DNA from: Terriglobia bacterium
Lineage (GTDB): Bacteria > Acidobacteriota > Terriglobia > UBA7540
Assembly: GCA_035946735.1 (NCBI GenBank)
Contig: DASYYZ010000024.1
Coordinates: 13,475-77,474, forward strand
Length of the DNA stretch: 64,000 bases
Direction of reading: 5' to 3'
This document shows positions 1 through 9,236 of the stretch, one piece after another. Every line of letters starts with the position of its first letter. Position 1 is the stretch's first letter. A model generated the notes under the pieces. The model saw only the letters and a list, made by a program, of their open reading frames with translations. It had not been told where the DNA came from and made no database searches. The position numbers were made by a program, and so were the translations under genes.

Positions 1-249
1 CTTGCCGTGCTGGGCGCGCTCGTGGTCTTCAGCCTGGCTGGGATCGGGACCCGTAGGCGCCGAGCCTGGGTGCTTCTCGCCCTGACTGCTCTGGTGGTCT
101 GCCTCTGGGCGTCGTGCGGGGGCGGGGGTAGCAGTGCCGGGGGCGGTCCGACCAGCGGGGGAACGCCCGCTGGAACTTACACTGTGATGGTAACGGGTAC
201 GGCAGGCAGCCTGACGCAGTCCGCGGCATTGACTCTCAAGGTGCAATAA
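1..249 (+). CDS. 3' end of a surface/secreted protein gene entering from upstream
   Basis: Frame 1 is open from base 1 (track ORF 7..249). The tail ...TRRRRAWVLLALTALVVCLWASCGGGGSS...GTPAGTYTVMVTGTAGSL..LKVQ is colinear with the last ~95 aa of the next gene. Confidence 0.6.
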   Translation, partial: LAVLGALVVFSLAGIGTRRRRAWVLLALTALVVCLWASCGGGGSSAGGGPTSGGTPAGTYTVMVTGTAGSLTQSAALTLKVQ

Positions 250-448
250 GGGATCGGGTTCCCTCATCACAATGAGCAGCTTTCTCTCCCCGGAGAGGGA
301 GACCTGTGCGGCTGGCGGGGTTGCTCAAGCTTGTGTTATGCGGCTTTGCGAAACGATTCAGATTGACTGCAAAGCGTAACTAGTGATATAACATGCACTT
401 AATCTTATACATCGGGATGTCCCGGGAAGTTCATCTGGAGGACTATTT

Positions 449-3400
449 ATGCAAGTGGTAAGCGCCCAGCGGCTTCGCCGTCTGGTTCAAGGGGGGACCC
501 TAGCCCTCTTCATGGCCTTTTCCGTTATTTCCTTTACGGCACTTCGTGCGCAGGAAAAAAGCAGCGTTGGTGCGCGAAAGGGTGCTTCCTTAATCGCAGC
601 CGCGGCCGCCCAGGCTGGCGCTTCGTCACCGGTGCGACTGGCTGATACTTATGCGCGCCTTCCTTTGAGCTTCGAAGCGAATCAGGGCCAGGCGCAGAAA
701 CCGGTGCAATTTGTGTCACGGGGCCAGGGCTATACCCTCGCGCTGAGCGCCGGCGAAGCGGTATTGGCCTTAAAGGGTCGTCAGTTGTCAGTTGTCAGTC
801 GCCAGTCGCAGCCGTCAGGATCAATCGAAAACCGGGCAGCCGACTCTCTCCTGGCCATGCGACTACTGGGGTCGAGTCCGAAAGCCGCCGTGACGGCTAG
901 TGATCAATTGCCGGGGAGAGCCAACTATTTTATCGGCAACGATCCGCGCAACTGGCACGCCAACATCCCGACGTACGCCAAAGTGAAGTATGAGAACGTC
1001 TACCCGGGCGTGGATCTCGTCTATTACGGCAATCAGGGCCAATTAGAGTACGATTTCGTTGTCGCGCCTGGCGCCGATCCCGGCGTGATTCAGCTCGCGC
1101 TTGGCAGCGGACCAGCGCTAAGCAGTGCGCTCCGTCTCGCGGTCAATGGCGACCTCCTCGTGCAGCTTCCAGGCGGCGAAGTCCGCTTCCAACAGCCGGT
1201 CGTCTATCAGCCAGCGGCAACGGACGGGTACCGGACAACCGCGCGAAAGTTGGTCGTCGGCCATTACCGAGTCGTCAACGATCAGGTCAGGTTCGAGATT
1301 CCCTCGTATGATAAGACTCGCCCCCTGGTCATCGATCCGACGCTGACCTACTCCACCTATCTGGGCGGCACTGGCGCTGACACAGCCGGCGGCATCGCGG
1401 TGGATGGAAGCGGCGATGTCTATATCACGGGCGCGACCGCTTCGGCAAACTTTCCGGTGTCGAGCGCTCCTCTCCAAAAGGCCAACGACGGTGGACACGA
1501 TGTTTTTGTTTCCGAGATCAGTTCGGACGGCACCACGCTCGTTTTCTCCACCTATATCGGTGGCAGCGGCGACGACTATGGCGCCGCCATCGCACTCGAC
1601 AGCACGGGCGCAGCTTACGTCACCGGTAACACGGATTCTGCCAACTTCCCTGTGACCTCGAACGTGAAGCAGACGGCCAATTCCGGGAAGATTGACGCCT
1701 TCATCACCAAGCTGAGTCCCGGGGGAGCGACGCTGGCCTACTCCACTTACCTGGGCGGCAAGCAGAACGATTATGGGACAGCGATTGCGGTCGACTCAAA
1801 AGGTGACGTGTACGTTGCGGGCTATACGGATTCCATCGACTTTCCCCTTACCAAGAGCAACTTTCAGGGATCGCTTTTGGGCGCCACCAACGCGTTCTTT
1901 ACTGAGCTCAATGCCACCGGAGGCGCTCCCGCGCTCTACTCCACGTACTTTGGCGGTGCAGGGACGGACATGGCGAGCGGCATCGCGCTCGATGCTTCGG
2001 TCAAGGCTTACATCGTGGGATCCAGCACCTCGCTCAATCTGCCTACCGGCGGCACCACCGCCTATCAAAAAGCCAACGCCGGAGCCTCAGACGCTTTTGT
2101 GGCCGAGTTCGATTCCACCCAGTCTGGTGCCTCCTCGCTGCTCTTTGCTACGTATCTCGGCGGCTCCGGAAACGACAATGCAAATGCGATCGCGCTGGAC
2201 GCCTCAGAAAATATCTACGTGACCGGCAGCACCGCATCCTCGAACTTCCCGGTGAGCACCGGAGTTCTGCAGGCCGCGCTCAAGGGGAGCTCCGACGTGT
2301 TTGTGACCAAGTTTAATCCGGGCGCGGCTACCCTGTCCTATTCCACCTACCTGGGTGGTACCGGCCCCGATTCAGCCGCGGCCATTGCGATTGACGCAGA
2401 CGGCAACGCGCTCCTGACCGGAAATACGCAGTCCTCGAACTTTCCCACTCAGGGTCCGCTGCAAGCGACCTGTGCCACTACCACCGCCGTGACCTGCAAT
2501 GACGCCTTTGTGGCCAGTTTGAGCAGCGATGCGACCGGTCTCAATTACTCCACCTACCTCGGCGGTGGACAGCCGGACTCAGGCGTCGGTATCGCGCTTG
2601 ATAATGGGACCCCTCAGAACGCATACGTCATCGGCTCGACGACTTCCGGCGATTTCCCAACTACGCCGAAACCGTTTCAAGCCACCTGTGGGGCAGCGCC
2701 CGTCAGCTCGACATGCGCCGGAAACGCCTTCGTAGCGAAGATTGAAGCGGCGGCTCCCAACCTTGACGTCGCCCCGGTGGTTTTGCCCTTTGGAGTAGTG
2801 CCCACGTCGATTACGAGTTCGCCGCAGACAACCACCGTAACCAACAACACGGGCGCGGCGGTTACTTTCTCGAGCATTGCGGCCAGCGCCGGCTTTGTGG
2901 TGAGTCCAGCGGGCACCACGTGCCTCACCAGCGCAGCCCTCGCGAGCGGCGCCAGTTGCGCCGTTGCGGTTACCTTTACGCCCAGCGTCTCGGGCGTCCA
3001 GACGGGAACTCTAACCCTTACTGACAGCGCTCCCAGCGGCTCGCAAGTGGTGGACCTCGCAGGAACCGGAGTAGCTTCGGTGGTGAGCCTGGCTCCCGCC
3101 AGCCTGGTGTTTTCCGGCGAGTCGGTAGGCGCCCAAAGCGCGCCTCAAACGGTCACGCTTACCAACTCGGGTTCCGGTCCTCTGACGATTTCCGCCATCG
3201 CGGTCACGGGCGCCGGATTCGCCGAGACCAATACTTGCGGATCGAGCGTCGCCGCGGGCTCGACGTGCTCCATCAGCGTCACCTATACGCCCGCAGTCAG
3301 CGGCGCCGCCAGCGGCACTTTGACGGTCTCCGACAATGCGACGGGGAGCCCGCAGACGGTGAGCCTGAGCGGAACCGGAATCAGTCCTGGCGCGAGCTTA

Positions 3401-4243
3401 TCTACTACCACCCTCAACTTCGGCAGCCAGGTGGTGAACACCAGGAGTTCGACGCCGCAGAGCGTGACCCTGACCAACACAGGCAGTTCCAATCTGAGCG
3501 TCAACAGCGTCACCGTGTCAGGGCCCAATGCCACCGACTTCACGCTGCTGCAAAAGGCTCCCTGCGGATCCAGTATCGCCGTAGGCTCTTCGTGCGCGAT
3601 TCAGCTGAATTTCAAACCCATGGTCTCGGGCTCGCGCTCCGCCACTCTCTCCATTGCGGACAGTGCGCCCGGAAGCCCTCAGACGGTCGCTCTTTCCGGG
3701 ACGGGGGCCGACTTTTCGGTCACGGCGACGCCTGCTACCGCTACTGTCAATCCGGGCGGATCCACCTCGTACACGGTGACGGTGGCGCCCATCGGCGGGT
3801 TCGCCGGTACCGTGACCCTCACCTGCACGGGCCAGCCAACCTATGGCACCTGCACGATCCCTTCGCCGGGCACGGTGACGCTCGACGGTACTTCGAATAC
3901 GCAGATGAAGTTCACGGTCACCACGCTGGCTCCGGCTGCGGCGCCACACGGCTTTGGCCGATTCCTGCCGCCGACTTCCAGGATGCCTTGGGTAATCGCC
4001 CTCCTGGCGGGGATGCTCTCCCTGCTGGTACTGGCGCGTGCGCGAGGGCGGCGCGCTTTAATCCTATTCGCGGCTACCTTGCTCATGGCGGCGTTCTGGG
4101 CCTCTTGCAGCGGCGGCCCCGCGAGCGGCAATCAGAATAATCCTGCTAACAACGGCACGCCGCCGGGCACCTACACCATGACCATCACCGGCGCTGCTCA
4201 GGGACTCGGTAACAGCACTACTGTGGCAGTCAAGGTGAACTAG
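449..4243 (+). CDS. Large secreted beta-propeller-repeat (SBBP-type) protein with tandem Ig-like 'choice-of-anchor D/HYDIN-like' modules
   Basis: GGAGGA 7 nt upstream of the ATG and an N-terminal signal-like helix. About 8 repeats of YSTYLGG.G.D.a.aIAvD..Gn.YvTG.T.S.nFP (aa ~300-740). Then three ~100-aa modules of the form V.LTN.G...L.I..i...G..F....C......G..C.i.v.F.P...G..sgtLt..D. Confidence 0.85.
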   Translation: MQVVSAQRLRRLVQGGTLALFMAFSVISFTALRAQEKSSVGARKGASLIAAAAAQAGASSPVRLADTYARLPLSFEANQGQAQKPVQFVSRGQGYTLALSAGEAVLALKGRQLSVVSRQSQPSGSIENRAADSLLAMRLLGSSPKAAVTASDQLPGRANYFIGNDPRNWHANIPTYAKVKYENVYPGVDLVYYGNQGQLEYDFVVAPGADPGVIQLALGSGPALSSALRLAVNGDLLVQLPGGEVRFQQPVVYQPAATDGYRTTARKLVVGHYRVVNDQVRFEIPSYDKTRPLVIDPTLTYSTYLGGTGADTAGGIAVDGSGDVYITGATASANFPVSSAPLQKANDGGHDVFVSEISSDGTTLVFSTYIGGSGDDYGAAIALDSTGAAYVTGNTDSANFPVTSNVKQTANSGKIDAFITKLSPGGATLAYSTYLGGKQNDYGTAIAVDSKGDVYVAGYTDSIDFPLTKSNFQGSLLGATNAFFTELNATGGAPALYSTYFGGAGTDMASGIALDASVKAYIVGSSTSLNLPTGGTTAYQKANAGASDAFVAEFDSTQSGASSLLFATYLGGSGNDNANAIALDASENIYVTGSTASSNFPVSTGVLQAALKGSSDVFVTKFNPGAATLSYSTYLGGTGPDSAAAIAIDADGNALLTGNTQSSNFPTQGPLQATCATTTAVTCNDAFVASLSSDATGLNYSTYLGGGQPDSGVGIALDNGTPQNAYVIGSTTSGDFPTTPKPFQATCGAAPVSSTCAGNAFVAKIEAAAPNLDVAPVVLPFGVVPTSITSSPQTTTVTNNTGAAVTFSSIAASAGFVVSPAGTTCLTSAALASGASCAVAVTFTPSVSGVQTGTLTLTDSAPSGSQVVDLAGTGVASVVSLAPASLVFSGESVGAQSAPQTVTLTNSGSGPLTISAIAVTGAGFAETNTCGSSVAAGSTCSISVTYTPAVSGAASGTLTVSDNATGSPQTVSLSGTGISPGASLSTTTLNFGSQVVNTRSSTPQSVTLTNTGSSNLSVNSVTVSGPNATDFTLLQKAPCGSSIAVGSSCAIQLNFKPMVSGSRSATLSIADSAPGSPQTVALSGTGADFSVTATPATATVNPGGSTSYTVTVAPIGGFAGTVTLTCTGQPTYGTCTIPSPGTVTLDGTSNTQMKFTVTTLAPAAAPHGFGRFLPPTSRMPWVIALLAGMLSLLVLARARGRRALILFAATLLMAAFWASCSGGPASGNQNNPANNGTPPGTYTMTITGAAQGLGNSTTVAVKVN

Positions 4244-4428
4244 GAAATTAGCGATTCGAGAGATTGAAGGAATGCGCGGTCTTCTTTCAGTCTCTCTTTC
4301 TTTTTCAGTTTGATTTTGCTGCATCGACGCCTCCATCTACTTTCGCATCCCATCCTCCATACGGGCCACGATCCTTCAAATCCTCTCGGCCCTTTTGCGC
4401 TAACATAAAGGAATCGAGGTGAACGGTC

Positions 4429-5601
4429 ATGCGGGGAACAGGCGGGAACGATTCCGGGAAGACTTGGGCAATGAGGTCGCCGCAGGAACACCGCCCGCGC
4501 CTGAACCGAGGCCGCTCGGCCTTGATCGTCACGGCGTGCGCCGGCCTTCTTATCGCCGGCGTCCACTCTCAGGCGCAGAACGCGGCGCCACCGCAATCCC
4601 CGAATCCGGCCGTGCAGACCAAGTCCGCGGGGCCGGGCTCGGCGCAGAATCCAGGTAACATTCGGGTAAGCGTGCAGCTTGTGAACGTGCCTGTCACGGT
4701 GCTCGACAAGCGCGGCGTGCCGGTGATCGACCTCACGCAGAACGATTTTAAGGTTTACGAAAACGGCGTCCAGCAATCCATCAACTACTTTCGCCAGGAG
4801 CCCGCGCCTCCCTTGCGGATCGGCTTGATCATCGACACCAGCAACAGCGCCCGGCCGCTGCTCGCCTACGAGAAAGACGCTGCCGCCGAGTTCATCTACC
4901 AGATGCTGCAGGGCCGCAACACCAAGAATGAAGTGTTCCTCGAGACCTTCGATTCGGAGAGCTCCATTCTGCACGATTTTTCGGCCGATCCCGATGAGTT
5001 GAACGAGAAAATCCGCGATCTCAAGGCCGGCGGCGGCAAGGCGCTATACGACGCCATCTACGCGGCCTGTCGCGAGAAAATGCTGAATTCCGGCGACCCC
5101 GAGTCTACGCGGCGCGTGGTGGTGGTGATGAGCGACGGGTTGGACGTCCAGAGCACCCATACCTTGGATGAGGTTATCTCCATGGCGCACCGGGCCGAAA
5201 CTGTCGTTTACACCATCCTGAACTCGCCTTATGGATTTGGCTCCGACTCCAACAAGATCCTGCAGCGCCTGGCCGAGCAGACTGGAGGCGCCTACCTCTT
5301 CCCCCAGGAGAATCCGGCGGGCTCGGATCTGGGCAGCGGTTATCTCGCGCATGGGCAAATCGGATGCACGTCGCAAAACGAGGGTCTGGACGCCAAGACC
5401 GGGATCTATACGGCCGAGCGCCTAGCACACCTGTCAGACTCAGTGGAAGCGATCGGTCGCGAGCTGAACGACCAGTACTTCATCGGATATAAGCCCTCCA
5501 ATCCGGCCCTGGACGGCACCTATCGCGCCATCAAGGTGGTGGCCTCGCGGCGGGAAGTTCGAGTCCGTTTTAAGCCGGGATACTTCGCGACATCTGAGTA
5601 A
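4429..5601 (+). CDS. VWA domain protein (Acidobacterial VWFA-related, TIGR03436-like)
   Basis: Motif VNVPVTVLDKRGVPV.DLTQNDFKVYENGVQQ.I.YF followed by a VWA-like core (IGLIIDTSNS ... VVVVMSDGLD). The start codon is uncertain because several in-frame starts exist. Confidence 0.8.
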   Translation: MRGTGGNDSGKTWAMRSPQEHRPRLNRGRSALIVTACAGLLIAGVHSQAQNAAPPQSPNPAVQTKSAGPGSAQNPGNIRVSVQLVNVPVTVLDKRGVPVIDLTQNDFKVYENGVQQSINYFRQEPAPPLRIGLIIDTSNSARPLLAYEKDAAAEFIYQMLQGRNTKNEVFLETFDSESSILHDFSADPDELNEKIRDLKAGGGKALYDAIYAACREKMLNSGDPESTRRVVVVMSDGLDVQSTHTLDEVISMAHRAETVVYTILNSPYGFGSDSNKILQRLAEQTGGAYLFPQENPAGSDLGSGYLAHGQIGCTSQNEGLDAKTGIYTAERLAHLSDSVEAIGRELNDQYFIGYKPSNPALDGTYRAIKVVASRREVRVRFKPGYFATSE

Positions 5602-5779
5602 GATATCTCTCTCCCTTTGGATTTATGACATGTAACATACTGATTGTGCGGGACTTATATATTATTGATAACATTACACTAAAATATCTTTATAAACTGA
5701 AACTAATGTCTGATTCTGCGCATCTACTTAATGTGTCTGAAGTTCAAGACAAAACACTGATTTAAGAGGAGTGTATAAC

Positions 5780-6277
5780 ATGGCGATTGTTCGTTGGGAA
5801 CCATTTCGTGAGCTGCTGTCAACTCAGGACCGTTTCAACCAGCTTTTCAACCAGACCTTTAGCCAAGCCTTTGGCAAGGAGGGTCAGGAGCTGGCGAGCC
5901 GAAACTGGGCTCCTGCAGTGGATATCTACGAGACCGACCATAACCTTGTGATCAAGACGGAGCTGCCTGGGATCGATCCCAAGGACGTGGAAGTTCGCGT
6001 CGAAAACAACACCCTTGTCTTGCAAGGTGAGCGTAAGTTCGAGAAGAACACCAGTGAGGAGAATTATCACCGCGTCGAACGTAGTTATGGTACATTCTCG
6101 CGCTCGTTTACGCTGCCAAGCACCGTCAACACTGAAAACGCGCAGGCGGAATACAAGGACGGCATTCTGACCTTGACCCTCGCGAAGCGCGAAGAGGCGA
6201 AGCCCAAGACCATCAAGATCCAGGTGGCGGATTCTGAGCCCAAGGCTCAGGCTGCAGCCGCGGCCGCCAGGAAGTAA
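5780..6277 (+). CDS. Hsp20/alpha-crystallin small heat-shock protein
   Basis: MAIVRWEPFRELLSTQDRFNQLF..., then an alpha-crystallin core (AVDIYETDHNLVIKTELPGIDPKDVEVRVENNTLVLQGERK...SYGTFSRSFTLP). AAGAGGAG lies 8 nt upstream of the ATG at 5780; the track start at 5771 is less likely. Confidence 0.9.
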   Translation: MAIVRWEPFRELLSTQDRFNQLFNQTFSQAFGKEGQELASRNWAPAVDIYETDHNLVIKTELPGIDPKDVEVRVENNTLVLQGERKFEKNTSEENYHRVERSYGTFSRSFTLPSTVNTENAQAEYKDGILTLTLAKREEAKPKTIKIQVADSEPKAQAAAAAARK

Positions 6278-6375
6278 CTGCGGCGGCTCGGGCCGGATGA
6301 GACAACAAAGAGGTATGTATCGGGCGTTCGCTGGTGCGACTTACCGTGCGAAATCCGCCGCAGCACCGGTGAATG

Positions 6376-6423
6376 AAGGCCGCGTTCGAGGCGCACAGAC
6401 CTCGGGCGCGGCCTTTTTTTTTT
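6376..6423 (+). terminator. Rho-independent terminator after hsp20
   Basis: AAGGCCGCG ... CGCGGCCTT stem with an inner CGAGG/CCTCG stem, followed by a run of ~10 T. Confidence 0.6.
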
Positions 6424-6463
6424 GACCCTTGTGTTTTTGAATTCTTGAGATCAGGTTTAAACT

Positions 6464-9115
6464 ATGGCTACTCGATTTGACAAGTTTACCGTAAAGGCCC
6501 AGGAGGCTCTGCAGAGCACCCAGGATATCGCTGGACGTTTTGGCAATCAGCAGCTCGAGCCGGTACATCTGTTGCTTGCTTTGGCTGAGCAGCCGGAGGG
6601 CATCGTTCCGGCGATCCTCAGCCGGCTAGGCGTCGCACTCGGAACTCTGGCAGCCGAGGCCGAGAGGGAGATCGAGAAGCTGCCCAAGGTGGGCGGCACT
6701 TCGGACCACCATCTCTCCGTCGCCCTGAAAGAAGCGCTCGACCAGGCGCCGCGCGAGGCCGAACCCTTCCACGACGAATTCGTGTCCACCGAGCACATGC
6801 TGCTGGCGCTTGCCCGCAAACCCAGGGAAGCGGCGGGGCGAATCCTTTCACAACTCGGGATCACGCACGATTCAATCTTGAAGGCGCTGGTGGCAGTGCG
6901 GGGTACGCAGCGCATCACCGATCCGAATCCGGAGGCCAAGTATCAGGCGCTCGAGCGCTACGCGCGCGACCTGACCGACCTGGCCCGTCGCGGCAAGCTG
7001 GACCCTGTCATCGGCCGGGACGATGAGGTCCGGCGCGTGATCCAAGTGCTTTCGCGCCGCACTAAGAACAATCCTGTGCTGATCGGCGAGCCGGGCGTTG
7101 GCAAGACGGCAATCGTGGAGGGCATCGCGCAGCGAATCGTCTCCGGCGACGTGCCCGAGTCGTTGCGCTCGAAGCGTCTGGTCGCGCTCGATCTGGGCGC
7201 GCTGATTGCCGGATCCAAGTATCGGGGCGAGTTTGAAGACCGGCTCAAGGCCGTCCTCAAGGAGATCGAGGAATCGAGCGGGCAGGTGATCCTGTTCATC
7301 GACGAGCTGCATACCCTGGTGGGCGCCGGAGCCGCTGAAGGCGCCATCGACGCCTCGAACATGCTGAAGCCGGCGCTGGCGCGCGGAGAGCTGCGCTGTA
7401 TTGGCGCCACCACGCTCAACGAGTTCAAGAAGCACATCGAGAAGGACGCGGCTTTGGAGCGGCGCTTTCAGCCCGTCTACGTTGGCGAGCCTACCGTGGA
7501 AGACACCATCGCTATTCTGCGCGGACTCAAAGAGCGCTACGAAGAACATCACGAGGTGCGGATTAAGGACTCGGCGATCGTGGCTGCCGCCGTGCTCTCG
7601 AACCGCTATATTACTGACCGTTTCCTGCCTGACAAGGCCATCGACTTGATCGACGAGGCGGCCTCCAGCCTGCGGATCGAGATCGACTCCAAGCCGGTCG
7701 AGATCGACCGGATCGAGAGGTGCGTCACCCAGCTTGAAATCGAGCGTCATGCGCTGGGCAAGGAGGATGATCCCGCCTCAAAGGAGCGTCTTAAGGCGAT
7801 CGAGCAGGAGCTCGGCGAGCTGCGCGAGAAGTCCGATGCGTTGAAGCTGCGCTGGAGGGCAGAAAAGGAAGTGATCACCCGCATCAGCACTTTGAAGAGC
7901 CAGATCGAGCAGGCCAAGGCCGAGGAGCAGCGCGTCACTGCCGAGGGCAACCTCAACAAGGCGTCCGAGATTTTGTACGGGACACTCCCGTCTCTCGAGA
8001 AGCAACTGGCAGCCGCTGAAGGTGACTTGGAAAAGAAGCAGCAGGCCGGGCGCATGCTTAAGTCCGAGGTCGATGAAGAGGACGTGGCGCGCGTGGTCTC
8101 GAAGTGGACCGGCATCCCGGGCTCGAAGCTGCTCGAAGGCGAGGTCGTCAAGCTTGTTGGGATGGAAAACCGCCTGCGCCTGCGGGTGGTGGGCCAGGAC
8201 GACGCTTTAAAGCTGGTCGCGAACGCCGTGCGTCGCAGCCGTGCCGGTCTCTCCGACCCGAACCGTCCCATCGGCTCGTTTCTGTTTCTGGGGCCGACGG
8301 GCGTCGGCAAGACCGAGCTTGCTCGCGCTCTCGCTGAATTTCTGTTCGACGACGAACACGCCATGCTGCGCATCGATATGTCGGAATACATGGAGAAACA
8401 CTCGGTGGCCCGGCTCATCGGCGCGCCTCCGGGCTACGTCGGCTACGAGGAAGGCGGCCAGTTGACCGAGCCCGTCCGGCGCCGGCCTTATGCCGTGCTG
8501 CTGTTCGATGAAATCGAGAAGGGGCACACCGACGTCTTCAACATCTTTCTGCAGGTTCTCGATGAGGGCCGGCTCACCGATGGCCAGGGCCGCACCGTAA
8601 GCTTCCAGAACACGGTGATCATCATGACTTCTAACATCGCGAGCCATGAAATTCATGCTGCGATGGGGCCCGAGGGCGGGCACGACAAGCGCTCCGGTGA
8701 GTCACACGAGATTTCCGAGGGGCTGCGGCGGAACATCCAGGCCACTCTGCTGCAACATTTCCGGCCGGAATTTATCAACCGGATCGACGAGATCGTGATC
8801 TTCAATCCGCTTGGCAAGCGGGAAATCGAGAAGATCGTCGATCTGCAGCTCGACCACGTGCGCCGCCTGCTGTCCGAACGCAAGGTGGAATTGGATCTCA
8901 CGGACAAGGCTCGCGAGCTGCTGTTCCGCGAAGGCTACGACCCGCAATTCGGCGCCCGTCCCCTGAAGCGGGCCATCCAGCGGCTCATCCAGGACCCGCT
9001 CGCCATGAAGCTGCTCGAAGGCGACGTCCGTCCCGGCGACAAAGTGCTGCTGGATGGCGATTTGCGCAAAGGCGAGATGAAGTTCGAGCGGGAAACAGCG
9101 AAAGCCGCGCCTTGA
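6464..9115 (+). CDS. clpB: ClpB disaggregase (AAA+ chaperone)
   Basis: Clp N-domain, two Walker A motifs ([16 protein letters not shown]), a long coiled-coil middle domain, 883 aa. Confidence 0.97.
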   Translation: MATRFDKFTVKAQEALQSTQDIAGRFGNQQLEPVHLLLALAEQPEGIVPAILSRLGVALGTLAAEAEREIEKLPKVGGTSDHHLSVALKEALDQAPREAEPFHDEFVSTEHMLLALARKPREAAGRILSQLGITHDSILKALVAVRGTQRITDPNPEAKYQALERYARDLTDLARRGKLDPVIGRDDEVRRVIQVLSRRTKNNPVLIGEPGVGKTAIVEGIAQRIVSGDVPESLRSKRLVALDLGALIAGSKYRGEFEDRLKAVLKEIEESSGQVILFIDELHTLVGAGAAEGAIDASNMLKPALARGELRCIGATTLNEFKKHIEKDAALERRFQPVYVGEPTVEDTIAILRGLKERYEEHHEVRIKDSAIVAAAVLSNRYITDRFLPDKAIDLIDEAASSLRIEIDSKPVEIDRIERCVTQLEIERHALGKEDDPASKERLKAIEQELGELREKSDALKLRWRAEKEVITRISTLKSQIEQAKAEEQRVTAEGNLNKASEILYGTLPSLEKQLAAAEGDLEKKQQAGRMLKSEVDEEDVARVVSKWTGIPGSKLLEGEVVKLVGMENRLRLRVVGQDDALKLVANAVRRSRAGLSDPNRPIGSFLFLGPTGVGKTELARALAEFLFDDEHAMLRIDMSEYMEKHSVARLIGAPPGYVGYEEGGQLTEPVRRRPYAVLLFDEIEKGHTDVFNIFLQVLDEGRLTDGQGRTVSFQNTVIIMTSNIASHEIHAAMGPEGGHDKRSGESHEISEGLRRNIQATLLQHFRPEFINRIDEIVIFNPLGKREIEKIVDLQLDHVRRLLSERKVELDLTDKARELLFREGYDPQFGARPLKRAIQRLIQDPLAMKLLEGDVRPGDKVLLDGDLRKGEMKFERETAKAAP

Positions 9116-9236
9116 GACTCTGCTCCTCACTGAGTCTGCTCCTCCTCTGAGGATGTTCGGGGTGAACGCGCCTCGTCGGCTTTTCCCGAATGTCCTCGGC
9201 CACTCGATCGAAAAATCGGCAATCCGAAGAGGTCGA

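Noticed and set aside
250-448. Hairpin TCTCCC-CGGAGA-GGGAGA after the first gene as a terminator
   Set aside because: The stem is short and there is no T-run. Too weak to call.
3235-4140. 301-aa alternative-frame ORF inside the SBBP protein gene, and similar internal ORFs at 1118..2222
   Set aside because: They are out of frame within a repeat-rich gene with strong protein-level periodicity, and they have no independent support.
6872-8683. Several 150-290-aa minus-strand ORFs opposite clpB, and similarly 39262..40188 opposite groEL and 58473..59645 opposite the S41 peptidase
   Set aside because: They are opposite unmistakable housekeeping genes. Shadow ORFs.
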